This document shows positions 41,306 to 52,167 of a stretch of 64,000 bases of DNA, piece after piece. Origin of the DNA: an uncultured Acidobacteriota bacterium. Lineage in GTDB: Bacteria; Acidobacteriota; UBA6911. The notes beneath the pieces were generated by a model. That model saw only the letters and a program-made list of their open reading frames with translations, was not told the origin of the DNA and ran no database searches. Both the position numbers and the translations under genes were made by a program. Positions within the stretch are counted from its first letter, which is position 1. Each line of letters opens with the position of its first letter. The stretch spans positions 416,001 to 480,000 of the forward strand of contig CAWEJX010000020.1 in the NCBI GenBank assembly GCA_963809485.1, written 5' to 3'.

Positions 41306-41988
41306 GTGAAGAAAGCAAAACCATCCGGGCAGTCTGATCAAAAAGGCACACGTCGGAAAAAGCAAATGGCCGAGGCTTTATTGGAGCAGCGAACCCGCAA
41401 ACTCGAAGAACTGCTCGCGACGGGTAACTTTCGCAAGGCAAGCGAAGAGTTTGGAGGCCTGTTTCGGAATGTGGACTGTCTGCAATTACCGATTGGCAAT
41501 CCGTGGAGAGCTAAAGCTACTGCCGCTATCAGAAGAATGATGAGGGCGCAATTGGAGAACTGAAGGCGGCATTGCAGTGTGCCAAAACGCCCAAGCTTCA
41601 GGTCAGCGCCCATCTGGCACTTGCAGATGTCTGCTCAGGAAGCAATATAATAAACGACGCCATGCAGCATTTGCGCGAAGCCGAGAGGATGCTGGTTCCC
41701 AAAGCAAATGTTTCGAGCATTTTCCTCAGTCAGAAGTATGAATCTGTCCGAAAACAGATTGATGCGTTGAAGAACGATTATTACCTGATAACGTTCGAGG
41801 AGATCAGGAAACAGGCTGAGATGAAATCGACGCGAAGAGGTTTGTCCAAGGCAACCAAGGATTTGGAGCGATGGGCCATTGTTAAGGCGCTGGAACAATC
41901 CTCCGGAGGCATGACAAAAGCCGCGGAAATGCTTGGCCTGGCCCGTCAAGCCTTCTGGCAGCGGAAAAAACGATCCCGGCTAAAATAG
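41306..41988 (+). CDS. Helical-repeat (TPR-like) protein with C-terminal Fis-type HTH, frameshifted
   Basis: AAGGAG before GTG; C-terminal LERWAIVKALEQSSGGMTKAAEMLGLARQAF; frame change near 41525. Confidence 0.55.
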
Positions 41989-42200
41989 CATGTCCTCGAT
42001 GTGTACTGAATTGCCAGGATTCATGGCAGCCAGGATGGATTCAATGGGCGCGATACAGATCCACAGCCCAAAAAGCAAATGCGTTCCCGGTCATTGCACG
42101 ATGGTCGCAACCAATAGAGTGTACAGTTCCAGCATGAACGTGGCCTCGAGAAGCAAGCGGGATTGCCGGATATACGATCTTTTTTGGCGCCGGTCCGCAT

Positions 42201-42677
42201 TTAGCGCGGGTTCCCCCATTTTGATCTGTCCACCGCATAGGCTGCGCTTTCGACCTCGGGCGGCATGGCCTCCCAGAAGAATCGAACCGTGGCGATTTTG
42301 AGCTCACCCTTATCATCCAGCATCAGTTCATAGAGGGGCAGGTAGTTCTTCTTTACTTTGACTCTGTCCGTGCCCGTTTCAAAAATCGTCGCCTCGAGGA
42401 AGGCGACGGCAACCATCCGCCGCTCGTCGACGAAAATGTCATGAACGATGAACTTCTCATAATCTGAAGGATGGCTTGTCAGCATGGTATAAAAAGCTTC
42501 CCTGCCGGTAATGGCGTTCTTAGGCCCGCCGAAGACATACATATACGGGATAAAGGTGAAATCCGGGGCGAAGTAGGTGTCCATCCGGTGGACCGTTTTC
42601 GCATTTTGTGCGCTGTCATTGTATTCAGCAAAGTACGCGTTCATCCAATTCACGATTTCGTCATGCGTCGGCTTCAT
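42201..42677 (-). CDS. SnoaL/NTF2-like protein
   Basis: YFAPDFTF...ITGREAF...DIFVDERRMVAVA...KIATVRFFW pattern. Confidence 0.65.
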   Translation of the reverse strand: MKPTHDEIVNWMNAYFAEYNDSAQNAKTVHRMDTYFAPDFTFIPYMYVFGGPKNAITGREAFYTMLTSHPSDYEKFIVHDIFVDERRMVAVAFLEATIFETGTDRVKVKKNYLPLYELMLDDKGELKIATVRFFWEAMPPEVESAAYAVDRSKWGNPR

Positions 42678-42995
42678 AGGCTTATGTCCCAATCTCCTCT
42701 GGTTTGGATCTTTCGGAAATTGCATGTATTGCCAGCGGATTTATTCATGGATTCAGGTTCTTTAGCTCTCAATGTGCTTTGGCTGTTGGCGAAAGCAAAT
42801 TGCCGTGCAGGCCGTGGGATTCTCGCTGTCATTCGGGAAATCTCCCCCTGGATCAATTCCTGGATTGTACCATCAGCGCTTCCTCACTCAGTCCGGTATT
42901 GCTATCCGGCCATAGCAATACGCTATCGGCCAATGGCTTGGGCGTGGTACCGTCATGCAGATTTCAAAAGCATTGTGGCGCCTGCCCGACCGTTC

Positions 42996-44093
42996 TCAGG
43001 GGGCAAGCGATGCGATAAAGGTTCCGGTTTCGTACCCTCCGGCTGTCGACGGCCATGCCCGATACCAGGTTCCCGTGAACGACTGTTGTCCTAATGCAAT
43101 TGTTCCATTGGACTTGATATACCCGAAATATTCATGCGCTTCCCAATAGCCGCCAAAATGCAATTGCAGCTCGCCATCGGCCATCTGTCCAGACACAGCA
43201 TAAAGGCCCCACGCGGGATCGCCTGCCAGCCTCATTTCCACATATCCATTCACAAATAGGCCCCCGGTCCATAGAACCAGCTGATTAAATGGATTATCGT
43301 GTCCACCTGTCCATTCAAGCACATAGGTCCGAGTCGTGGAGTCGAGAGGCAGAGAGGACCACTGCGAACCGGTCTGGATCAAGGCCACGCCGCTTACCGG
43401 GACATTAGATTCGATATCGACGCGGCCGCGGTTGAGCGTCACCCCTGTAAAGATTTCCCTCAGATATCGTGGAAGATGTTCCCTGCCTGCAAGATCCAGT
43501 GATAGAGTGCCGCCTACTCGAGCTCCCGATTCAGAATATAGCTTCATCGTTATATGGGCGGCCCTTTGCTCAGCATCCGTGTTCGCCAATGCAAGGCTGA
43601 CCGAGTTGAAATTTTCAAAGGGAATGGTTGTGGCCATAAACGGACTCGAGGGGAGCACCCCAATGGCATCCGTAACCGCCGTGCCGTCTTTGACATACCA
43701 GGTCAGATTGCCTTCGATGAAATTGTCGACCTCTGCATCGTTTGCCACGGCAATGATAAACCCAACCTCGACTGCAGGACCGGGCACGGTGACTTTATAG
43801 GTTGCAGCAGCGTTGGAGTTGATCGAGACAGCGAGCAATCCCCGGGTCAACTGAACGCCGTTGACATAAGGATTCCATTCCAAACCCACGCCGCTGTAAA
43901 AATGGAATAATCCGCGCCATTGTCGAGCACCGCGGTTCGTGACCGTGATTTGGGTTTCCCATATGCCGCCCGCGGCGAGTTGAGCAAATATCAAATCCTT
44001 GTGCGGAAGATGGTTCGGCTGGCTGATCTGGCCAAGCGCGATACCGGCACAAAGCAAAACGGCAGGAATCCATGCTAGCTTTATTTTTCTCAT
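42996..44093 (-). CDS. Secreted beta-rich hypothetical protein
   Basis: GGAGG RBS, signal peptide MRKIKLAWIPAVLLCAGIALG; FAQLAAGGIWETQITVTN. Confidence 0.7.
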   Translation of the reverse strand: MRKIKLAWIPAVLLCAGIALGQISQPNHLPHKDLIFAQLAAGGIWETQITVTNRGARQWRGLFHFYSGVGLEWNPYVNGVQLTRGLLAVSINSNAAATYKVTVPGPAVEVGFIIAVANDAEVDNFIEGNLTWYVKDGTAVTDAIGVLPSSPFMATTIPFENFNSVSLALANTDAEQRAAHITMKLYSESGARVGGTLSLDLAGREHLPRYLREIFTGVTLNRGRVDIESNVPVSGVALIQTGSQWSSLPLDSTTRTYVLEWTGGHDNPFNQLVLWTGGLFVNGYVEMRLAGDPAWGLYAVSGQMADGELQLHFGGYWEAHEYFGYIKSNGTIALGQQSFTGTWYRAWPSTAGGYETGTFIASLAP

Positions 44094-44202
44094 GTGAACC
44101 TCCGGCTTGAAAATCCTCAGTCTGTAAAAGGCAGCAAAGAAAGGCCCTGTGAATCCTCGGGAAACTCCTCCCGGCCGGGCGCCCGGATTGACAGGAGCTG
44201 GT

Positions 44203-44985
44203 TTAATGAGCCGGCCATGTCGGAATGTCGTCCGCTTCCAATCCACACTCGCGATAGAACCTCTTGTAAAAATCAGGCCGCGGGAAATCAGGCATGACCT
44301 CCGAAAGGGCATTGTGTCTGTATCCCATTTTTCTTTCTTCGAACATCCTGAGTTGAGACACCAGTCCCTCGACCTTTTCCTTCGGCAGCGAAAATATGAT
44401 TTCATCCTCTCCCGCTTGTGCCCGCCCAAGCTCTCCAGGATCCGGCAACGTAATGCAGTATTGCCCCGAGAGGGCAGGCACCACCGAAAAAGCGCAGGAA
44501 GTTATCGGATACATCGGTGAGCCTATAAGTCCTTCGCCTCCAAAAGAGAGGGCCCACAGAATATTGTTTAGCTGGGCATTATTCGAATAGATGAGCACGA
44601 CGTCCGGCATGTAATTGGCCGTCTTCAGCGGAGCGGAGACAATCCCGGTGTACCTTCCATGCTCAAGGAGAGGAATATGCTTGACCGATTCTTTCAGTTC
44701 TGGGAATTTCTCTGCAATGTCCGGCTTCGCCAATCCATAGGCTATCAGCGGCCCCCAGCACCAGTTGTCTTCTTTCAGCATAGCAATGGATTCGCCTTTT
44801 CTTCTGGATATGGAAAAGGCCTGGCATTGAGCCAAATGATAGCCATGATCAGCTTTTGGTCTGACCGCTCCCTCAGGGATATCGGATTCATTTTCAAGCA
44901 TTTTCACTGCCAGGGGAGATGTCCTCAACAGCATCAACCTCTCAATCTCTTCTCCAAACCGATTGAACTCAATCACAGTCGCCAT
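44203..44985 (-). CDS. DUF169 domain protein
   Basis: LRTSPLAVK, CQAFSISRR, DNWCWG, PDVVLIY, TSCA, LPDPG; GGAGGAGG RBS. Confidence 0.8.
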   Translation of the reverse strand: MATVIEFNRFGEEIERLMLLRTSPLAVKMLENESDIPEGAVRPKADHGYHLAQCQAFSISRRKGESIAMLKEDNWCWGPLIAYGLAKPDIAEKFPELKESVKHIPLLEHGRYTGIVSAPLKTANYMPDVVLIYSNNAQLNNILWALSFGGEGLIGSPMYPITSCAFSVVPALSGQYCITLPDPGELGRAQAGEDEIIFSLPKEKVEGLVSQLRMFEERKMGYRHNALSEVMPDFPRPDFYKRFYRECGLEADDIPTWPAH

Positions 44986-45688
44986 ATGACCCTCCTCCCG
45001 ATTGGATCCGCTGACCGGCCCGGAGCAGGCAACATCCCATGTTATGTGTCTGGTACATACTACCACGCAATTCATGGCCCACGTTTGCCGGCTCAATGAA
45101 ATTGAGATCTGCTACATACATTGCTGTCACCCCGAATGCGGCGATTGGCCGCAATTGTACGGAGCATTCTGCCCCTTGCGTGTGCTGCTGATATCGCCCC
45201 AGTTTTGATCTTCATGCGCAACGGATCGCATAGCCTGAAGTACATGCCTAAGCACGCGGCCATGGCCGCGAAAAAAGCGCCGGAACGGTCCGGCTTTTAG
45301 GCTGTCGTCACCATTATCGACAGTTCGGAATTTTCTGCGGGCTCCACGACAGTAAAGGCAAACATCAAACCAGGCCATGCAAAGGCGGCCGACTATGCAG
45401 GATTCATCTTGCCCTGCATGATGATGCCGTCTTATCCTGAACTGGAAATGTCCGCGGAAGCATTGAACCGGATCAAAGATGCCGTTGCTGGCGGAAAGCT
45501 CGTAGTTGCGCAGACCGGCCCTCTATGGGCGCCGGCAAAGGCCGGCCTTCTGCAGGAAAAGAAATATGCTGATCCCTTTGAAAAGAAAAGTCCCCGGTTT
45601 TACCCCGCGATTTTGCTGGAATCGGAGTCGTATGGGACAGGCTTATCCTTCCGTCCGGAATGTGCCCGCATAGGGGGCCAACTGTGAA

Positions 45689-45915
45689 AGTCAGGCACCT
45701 CCGGCAAAGCCGTAGGCTTGAAAGATTTGAACCACTCAAAGCGGTTGGAGGAGTTACGCCGGTCTTGAACGCTGACTTACGCGGGCAAAAGCCGATTCTC
45801 GCCGAACAAATCGGCGTTTGTCAGCGCTTTTATCAGCGTTTCTCAGCGTTTCAAAATACGGAGATGTCAAATTCCTTGAGTCCCCCGGCAGAGCCGGGGA
45901 TTTACCAATGTAATT
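45689..45915. mobile_element. IS200/IS605-type non-autonomous element copy 3 (without nested insert)
   Basis: Near-identical to copy 1 over AAAGATTTGAACC...CTTACGCGGGCAAAAGCCGA and the 3' part; ends CCCCCGGCAGAGCCGGGGATTTACCAATGTAATT. Confidence 0.8.
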
Positions 45916-45999
45916 ATTGACGGATCAGAACCGCTTGCGCTTATTGATGCTATAAAAGAGAAGAAGTGAATACTTAACTTATTCAAAGAGGGGCTCCAA

Positions 46000-47283
46000 A
46001 TGGAAAAGACATCACCATCTCAAGTCAGAGGAATCAATGATTTTTTGAGGCCTGATCATCTGATATCCGAAGAGGTCAGCCTGTTCTGTCAGACATTGAG
46101 GAGGTTTGTGGATACGGACGTCCTGCCCCACGCCGACGAATTGGACGACTATTGGGATTGGACGGAAAGAAAGGAAAAGACTTTCGTTCACGATCTCTGG
46201 AAGAAACTCCTCATTGATCTGGGTCTGCAAAAATCCTTTTTGCCGGGAGACTTCGGCGGATCCGGCGGAGCCTCAACCGTTGAGATGGCCGCAATGATCC
46301 AGGAAGTTGCCCGGGGCGATTATGGTCTCGCTAGTACGGGTTTTATAAGTCCATGGTCTATTGCAGCAATAAGCATACCCAGGCTAAATGAACACCTTCT
46401 AACGCAGTTCGCTCCCATGCTACTTGGGGACGAAGTTTTCATCATTGCGAGCGCGATTACGGAACCTCATGCGGGAGGATCGGTTGAGGACGTGAAGTTG
46501 AAAGGAAAGCAGATCCGGACGCGGGCTCGGTTGGAGGGAAACCATTGGGTGATCAATGGGCATAAGCTATGGCCTTCCGGCTTCAGGGAAGCAAAATGGT
46601 TCAGGGTCCTCTGTGCAGTGGAGGGGGAGGATTTCCCCAGGAATATTGCTCAGATTTTCGTCCCAGCCGATGCGCCGGGAGTATCGACGGGCAAACCATA
46701 CCGGAAAATGGGGGCCGCGATCGATACGAATGGCGACATATGGTTTGACAACGTCAGGGTCCCTAAAGCAAACCGCGCTCAGCAGGATCCTGAAGACGAC
46801 GTGAAATCGGTCATGGCAAACATCACCATAGGCCGCCTCACATCCGCTGCATTTCCGCTCGGCATCATGAAACGGGCTTATGAGGTGCTCAGGGATTACA
46901 TTGACAATCGTGAGATCGCGGGCAAGCCGATGAAAGAGCATGGAGCGATCGCGCATGAATTGGGGCAAATCGCGCAAAATCTCCTCGCGGCGGAAGGTTT
47001 TTTCTATTCGGCGGCAGAAAGAATGGATCATCCCGATATATACGGGTTCCCTTGGGAAGCGAAAAATGTGGCGTTGGCCAGTGCGGTTCAGAATATCGTC
47101 GGGGGACTTGGATGGGATACCGTGAGCCGTTCCCTCGAGCTCATGGGTTCTTACGGCTATTCAAGAGAAGGAAGAATGGAGAAGCTTCTCAGGGATCTGA
47201 AGATCGGTCAGATTGTCGTGGGCGGACCCATTCTCCGCCTCCTGGAGCTCGCGAGGTACTATTTCGGGACGGAGACGATTTGA
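46000..47283 (+). CDS. Acyl-CoA dehydrogenase family protein
   Basis: AITEPHAGGS, WVINGHKLW, IWFDNVRVP, LMGSYGYSRE...EKLLRD. Confidence 0.9.
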   Translation: MEKTSPSQVRGINDFLRPDHLISEEVSLFCQTLRRFVDTDVLPHADELDDYWDWTERKEKTFVHDLWKKLLIDLGLQKSFLPGDFGGSGGASTVEMAAMIQEVARGDYGLASTGFISPWSIAAISIPRLNEHLLTQFAPMLLGDEVFIIASAITEPHAGGSVEDVKLKGKQIRTRARLEGNHWVINGHKLWPSGFREAKWFRVLCAVEGEDFPRNIAQIFVPADAPGVSTGKPYRKMGAAIDTNGDIWFDNVRVPKANRAQQDPEDDVKSVMANITIGRLTSAAFPLGIMKRAYEVLRDYIDNREIAGKPMKEHGAIAHELGQIAQNLLAAEGFFYSAAERMDHPDIYGFPWEAKNVALASAVQNIVGGLGWDTVSRSLELMGSYGYSREGRMEKLLRDLKIGQIVVGGPILRLLELARYYFGTETI

Positions 47284-47538
47284 CTGTCTGAATTCAACGA
47301 ACCGGAGGTCAGGTCTGCGGACGGTCGGATAGGGCGCATTAGGCTTTAGGCATTTGCGAACCTTTTCTGCTTCGTAAGCCGTCCCGTCATCTCTTCCGGC
47401 TTAGCCAAACGAGTGTCCGAATTTGCGCTCTGCGACTTTAGGGCCCCAATCCCGGCTGCTGTCCTGCCTGCTGTCCATAGGCCTCGTTTCCCTGAGCTTT
47501 ACAGCGTACCTGCTGATATTTCATGCCGGTCTCATTAA

Positions 47539-47582
47539 CCTGGACGACAATACCTAAATCCCTGGACGACAATACCTAAATC
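47539..47582. repeat. Perfect 22-bp tandem duplication
   Basis: CCTGGACGACAATACCTAAATC twice. Confidence 0.85.
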
Positions 47583-48291
47583 ACGGAAAATTCGCATCTA
47601 AGGGATGGATCTGCCTGGAACAAAATCGGATGGGCTTTCACGACCCGCTATGTAAGCAATTGGCACCCAATCATGATTCCTGGCTTTCCAGCATAGGAAT
47701 GTTTCATGAAACCAATCGGCGTGGATATCGCAGCACATTTTTTCTCCTCCTGATCCGCTAGCCCTGCCATTTGGACAAACCTCGACGGCTGAAGGCTCAT
47801 TGGTAATACCCTATTGGGATAATTCGGTCTTGTAATCCGGCGACGATCAAGATTCTCCGCAATGACCTCAATTCCCTCCTGTAACCGCCGACTCTCGCAA
47901 TCGGAATAGCCGCACGGCCAAAATCCTGAGCGTCGAAAGGATTAGGCCTTTCGGATTTGTCTTTTTGGGAAGCCTGCAATTGAGGAGCGCCCCGAGCCAG
48001 ATCACGGGAAGGCTATCCATTTTTTGAACTTAGCTATCAAAATCATAATATCCCATAAAATCCTTTGATCTCCTTTATTCGCAATATTATATTACTTTTA
48101 GGAATTGATGATTCTGGTTTTCATGTTGAAGGTATGGGATGCAGAGAAAGAAAGGCAGCGAACCCGGACCACCCTGATGCATGCGAGAAATTGCCCAGTC
48201 TGATCGAGCGAATTCGGAACCTCCCTTCCCGTTGGGCAATCAGATATCTCGAATTCTCCTGGCCTCGACTTACGGCATAGGGAGGTGGCAA

Positions 48292-49251
48292 ATGCCTTGC
48301 AGGAATTTCCGGTTGGCATTTTTATTTCTGCTTGTCTCCGCCAGCCAGTCGCCGGCTCAATTGGGTTTAAATCCCTGGCCAAGCAGGGACTCCGAAAGAA
48401 CAGGGATGTGTCGCGACATGGAAATTCGCGTCAAAAATTCCTCGGGCGGTGCAATCATGGGCGCGACTGTCACGATGGAAAACTATGGGATCCCGCTTAC
48501 GACAGATGCCCAGGGATTGGCCCTGATTCCCTGCCGCCCATACGACGGCATTGGGCTCAGAATGGAGGTCAACGCTCCCGGTTACAAGGCTTCGAGCATA
48601 ACGATAGCATCTGCGGCCGTTTCCCGGATTGAGGTAAGGCTCGATGCGCAGGACATATCCGGAATAGTTGGCGCAAAGGCAATCAGCGTTCGGGAACTGC
48701 AAAAAGCGGTACAGGCGGACTCTCAGAATTTTCAGAACCAGGCGGCTGCAGCTTTGGAACGTAGAGATTACGATACCGCGGAAAAGCTGCTTCTCCAGGC
48801 TCAGCAATTGACCCCCTCGCTTCCCGGGATCGCGAACAACCTCGGCATCGTCGCGCTGCACCGAAAGGATCTGAATGCGGCTGACTCCTGGTTCGAGAAA
48901 GCGATGCAGCTAGCTCCGGCCAAAGCGGATATCGTCGCTAATCTCGGACTGATCCGATGGATGCAGCATCGCAGGGAGGAGAGCTACAATCTGTTGAGAA
49001 AGGCTTCAGCCATGGGGCATGAAACATTCCTGGGCAAATACATCATGGGCAGAGTGGGTCTGGAGAAGGGACTGAACAAGGAAGCAGCTAACCATCTCCG
49101 CAAAATCCCGCCGAAAAGGTTTCCATACCGTGACCTGTATCTGTCCATTGCGTTGCGAAATTTGGGAAAAACCAAGGCTGCGGATGAAGCGTACAGGAAT
49201 TTCCTGCAGCGAAATCCTGTCCCGTACTCCATCAGCACGCTGCAGCCCTAG
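48292..49251 (+). CDS. Secreted protein with carboxypeptidase-regulatory-like domain and TPR repeats
   Basis: GGAGG RBS; RVKNSSGGAIMGATV...VNAPGY; TPR-like ANNLGIVAL, ANLGLI. Confidence 0.78.
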   Translation: MPCRNFRLAFLFLLVSASQSPAQLGLNPWPSRDSERTGMCRDMEIRVKNSSGGAIMGATVTMENYGIPLTTDAQGLALIPCRPYDGIGLRMEVNAPGYKASSITIASAAVSRIEVRLDAQDISGIVGAKAISVRELQKAVQADSQNFQNQAAAALERRDYDTAEKLLLQAQQLTPSLPGIANNLGIVALHRKDLNAADSWFEKAMQLAPAKADIVANLGLIRWMQHRREESYNLLRKASAMGHETFLGKYIMGRVGLEKGLNKEAANHLRKIPPKRFPYRDLYLSIALRNLGKTKAADEAYRNFLQRNPVPYSISTLQP

Positions 49252-49265
49252 CCCGTGTTTGCGGG

Positions 49266-49857
49266 TTAAGCCTGGACGCCGGAGGCCTGCTGGGCCAACA
49301 TCGCCGTCTGCAGGGCGTAGTAGGGGGGCCACGTCATCGCTGCCGAACGTCTTGCCGACCGGAGTAACGAGCACGACGCTGCCCGTCGCTTGGTCCGCGA
49401 TCTCGATCAGGCCCGCAGATTTCAGATAGGCAAGAGCCGCGTCCTTGGTGTCGAAGTGTTGTTCGACGTAGACGATGAGGTTCGTGTTCATTCTCGCCGT
49501 CGCGCGGCCGCCGTACATATTGGATGAGCGGTAGACGAACGTTGTCCCTTTTGGATAGGTATTCAGCGCCGGATGGCCAGCATAGGCTCGCGGCGCCGCG
49601 GGGGCACGACCTGGGGCGCCGGCTCCCCCCGGACCACCAGCACCCGGGGCGCCAAAACCCGGGGTGCCGGGAGGTGGCATGGTGTTGCCGCCCGGGTACG
49701 TCTTTACTGCGGCTGGCGAATTCTGGTGGGCTTCCTCAAGCGTCTCGAACGTCGCCTTGTTTCCGGTTTCACCCGTGAAATTACGGGCCAATGCTATGCT
49801 ACACCCCGAAAGCAAAAGGCCTATCAAAAGAAATACGCTGATTATCGTTCTGTGCAT
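49266..49857 (-). pseudogene. Truncated, frameshifted paralog of the adjacent esterase N-terminus
   Basis: GNKATFETLEE, YPKGTTFVYRS, GSVVLVTP, then YYALQTAML after a frame change at a G6 run; TAA at 49266-49268. Confidence 0.72.
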
Positions 49858-49976
49858 GTGCTCTTCTCCTCCTGACCGTTACGTGATTCCAGCAGACAGG
49901 CCGACGTCACGGACAGAACAGGAACATCTGGGTCAGGCGGTCCGGTAGCGCGTGGCCGGGCGCCGTGCTGACGGCC

Positions 49977-51878
49977 CTATTGGGCGTAAGGATTGTATTG
50001 GATTGCGCCGGTTTTCAGGTCGCGCGAGAACTGAGTCAAGTAGTCCCATGCCATCCTGGCGTACTGTGGATACAAAGCATGAATCAGATCTGCCGTATAA
50101 TTGAGGGCCACCATGGGAACACCCTGCTTGTTATTCAGATACCATATGTAGTTCTTGTATTCATCATTCAACAAAGTCTCGGACCAGGCGTCAGCCTGAA
50201 ACCCGCACTTCGGGTGCGCTCTGAAGTCATAGCTGACCTGGTTCATCTTATTAAAAAGCAAGAACTTATTCAGCACCACCTGAGAATTGTTTGAAAGACT
50301 TCCGTCTTCCGGGTTTATATTGGGCTGCAGGTCATAGGCGCTGGTTAAGTACATGAACGGTAGATCCGTTTCTTTGAACTGCGCCTCCATTTTGTCCGTA
50401 AAAGTGAACATCGCGCCGGCCATGTCTACAACAGCCGCCAGCATCCGGGGATGGCTGGTTGCAATTGTGAGGGTAGCCCCTCCGCCCATCGAATAGCCCG
50501 ACGCATATACACGTGAAGCGTCAATCGCGGGATAGGCCTTCAGCATGTACGCAGCCAGTGCAGCTATCGATTCCCCAAGAACAGGCTGATCGGAATAGAG
50601 ACTCTGGTGTTCCGGGGCCACTATGATAAACCGCTTCTGGCGTGCCATCTCCAGCCAGCCGACCTCTTCAACAAAAGCATGCGGATCATCGCCGCCGCCA
50701 TGGAGGGCGATTACCAGCGGAACGGTGCCCGGCCCGACCCTGTTTTGGAGAACCTCGCCGGGTACATACTCGCACCAGGTCTGTAGGTACTCACCAGATT
50801 TGGTCTTGATGCTGGAGAACCGGTCTTCCTGGTGCGGAAACACGGAAATGCCGTCCGGCGCCACACCATTCGTGACTACGTTCCGCGCCGCCAGTGAATA
50901 GGGCGCCTGATCGAAGTTATACCCCTGGTAAGGCGTGCCGGCGCTGTGCAAACCCTGCTTAACCACAGGGATTCGCATTGCTCTGGAGAACATCTCATCA
51001 TAGACCCTCTTGATGATGGCGGCAGCGTTTGGACTTGATTCTCTGTTGACAATCACCTGCTGAAGCGGCAGGGCCTGATTGAAGTAGGTCGTGGTCCTGG
51101 CGTCGCCTTTTACAGCATCGGTTTTGTTCGCGGCCTTGTACTTGCCCTCGACAGCCTCAGTGGCGTTCACGAGATAGGCGGGCAGAACGCTGGCCACCTT
51201 ACGGACCTCATCCATCTTGCTGTTGATCAGCAGAACGCCGGCAATGCGGCCGGCGTAGTCGAGCGTGCTTGCAATGTAGTTATTGAAGAAGGTCGCGCCG
51301 CCGTCGATGCCGATGACATAAAGGAAGCCGAAACCGCCGAAGTAGTTGCCGTCAGAGTAGGTCGTAGTGACGTTGTTGGATCTTTCAGAGCCCCCCAGCG
51401 AAAGCATTGCCGTCTGGAGGGCGTAGTAGTGCTTCTGGTCGGCGGCGGCGAAACCGGCTTTGGGTTCGGACGGCGTGACGAGCACCACACTGCCGATCGC
51501 CGTATCGATGATGTTGATCAGGCCCAGATCCTTCAGATAGGCAAACGCGGCATCCTTGTCCTGGAAAGACTTCTCGGCAAAGACCAGGATGTTCGTGTTG
51601 GAGCGTAGGGCGCGCCCGCCCCACAGGTTCGCCGACCGGTACACATACGTGGTTCCTTTGGGATAGCCGTCGAGTACAGGATGGGACTTGAAGGTCCCCT
51701 TGCCGGATCCCTGTGAGGCAGCGGCCGCGGGGCTGCTCACGCGAGTCTCTTCCAGCGTCTCGAAAGTGGCCTTGTTCCCCTGTCGGTTGGAGTAGTCCAG
51801 CGCGAAGGCGCCGGAGATGAGCGACAGGCTCACTATTAGCGCGAACGCAAGATTCAAGGGCGACTGGTTCATCAGCAT
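49977..51878 (-). CDS. Secreted alpha/beta hydrolase (PHB-depolymerase/esterase-like) with long uncharacterised N-terminal domain
   Basis: Signal peptide; PLVIALHGGG, IDASRVYASGYSMGG, LIHALYP. Confidence 0.8.
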   Translation of the reverse strand: MLMNQSPLNLAFALIVSLSLISGAFALDYSNRQGNKATFETLEETRVSSPAAAASQGSGKGTFKSHPVLDGYPKGTTYVYRSANLWGGRALRSNTNILVFAEKSFQDKDAAFAYLKDLGLINIIDTAIGSVVLVTPSEPKAGFAAADQKHYYALQTAMLSLGGSERSNNVTTTYSDGNYFGGFGFLYVIGIDGGATFFNNYIASTLDYAGRIAGVLLINSKMDEVRKVASVLPAYLVNATEAVEGKYKAANKTDAVKGDARTTTYFNQALPLQQVIVNRESSPNAAAIIKRVYDEMFSRAMRIPVVKQGLHSAGTPYQGYNFDQAPYSLAARNVVTNGVAPDGISVFPHQEDRFSSIKTKSGEYLQTWCEYVPGEVLQNRVGPGTVPLVIALHGGGDDPHAFVEEVGWLEMARQKRFIIVAPEHQSLYSDQPVLGESIAALAAYMLKAYPAIDASRVYASGYSMGGGATLTIATSHPRMLAAVVDMAGAMFTFTDKMEAQFKETDLPFMYLTSAYDLQPNINPEDGSLSNNSQVVLNKFLLFNKMNQVSYDFRAHPKCGFQADAWSETLLNDEYKNYIWYLNNKQGVPMVALNYTADLIHALYPQYARMAWDYLTQFSRDLKTGAIQYNPYAQ

Positions 51879-52167
51879 ATATCCGTCTCCTTTTCTCGCC
51901 GACCTGTTTGCGGCAGCGTTTCAGCCAGGATTTTCGATAGGGCCTTTTGGGCGCAACCGCAATACTGGATTCTTTCAATTGCGGAAAACAATCGATCATA
52001 CAGCAGGCGCGAGCCGGCTGGAAAAGGAAATATGCACCAACTTTCGGACAGACTTTTCATATTTCCAATTTCTTGTATGCGGCGCGGAAGCTTTGAATTT
52101 CCACTACCTCCCATATGGAATGAGCTAAATCAGCCCTCAAGCAGCGGATTAGGGGAGATCCGGAGGC

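Noticed and set aside
45409-45687. 92-aa ORF just before element copy 3
   Set aside because: No recognisable motif or strong start; possibly a remnant but unsupported
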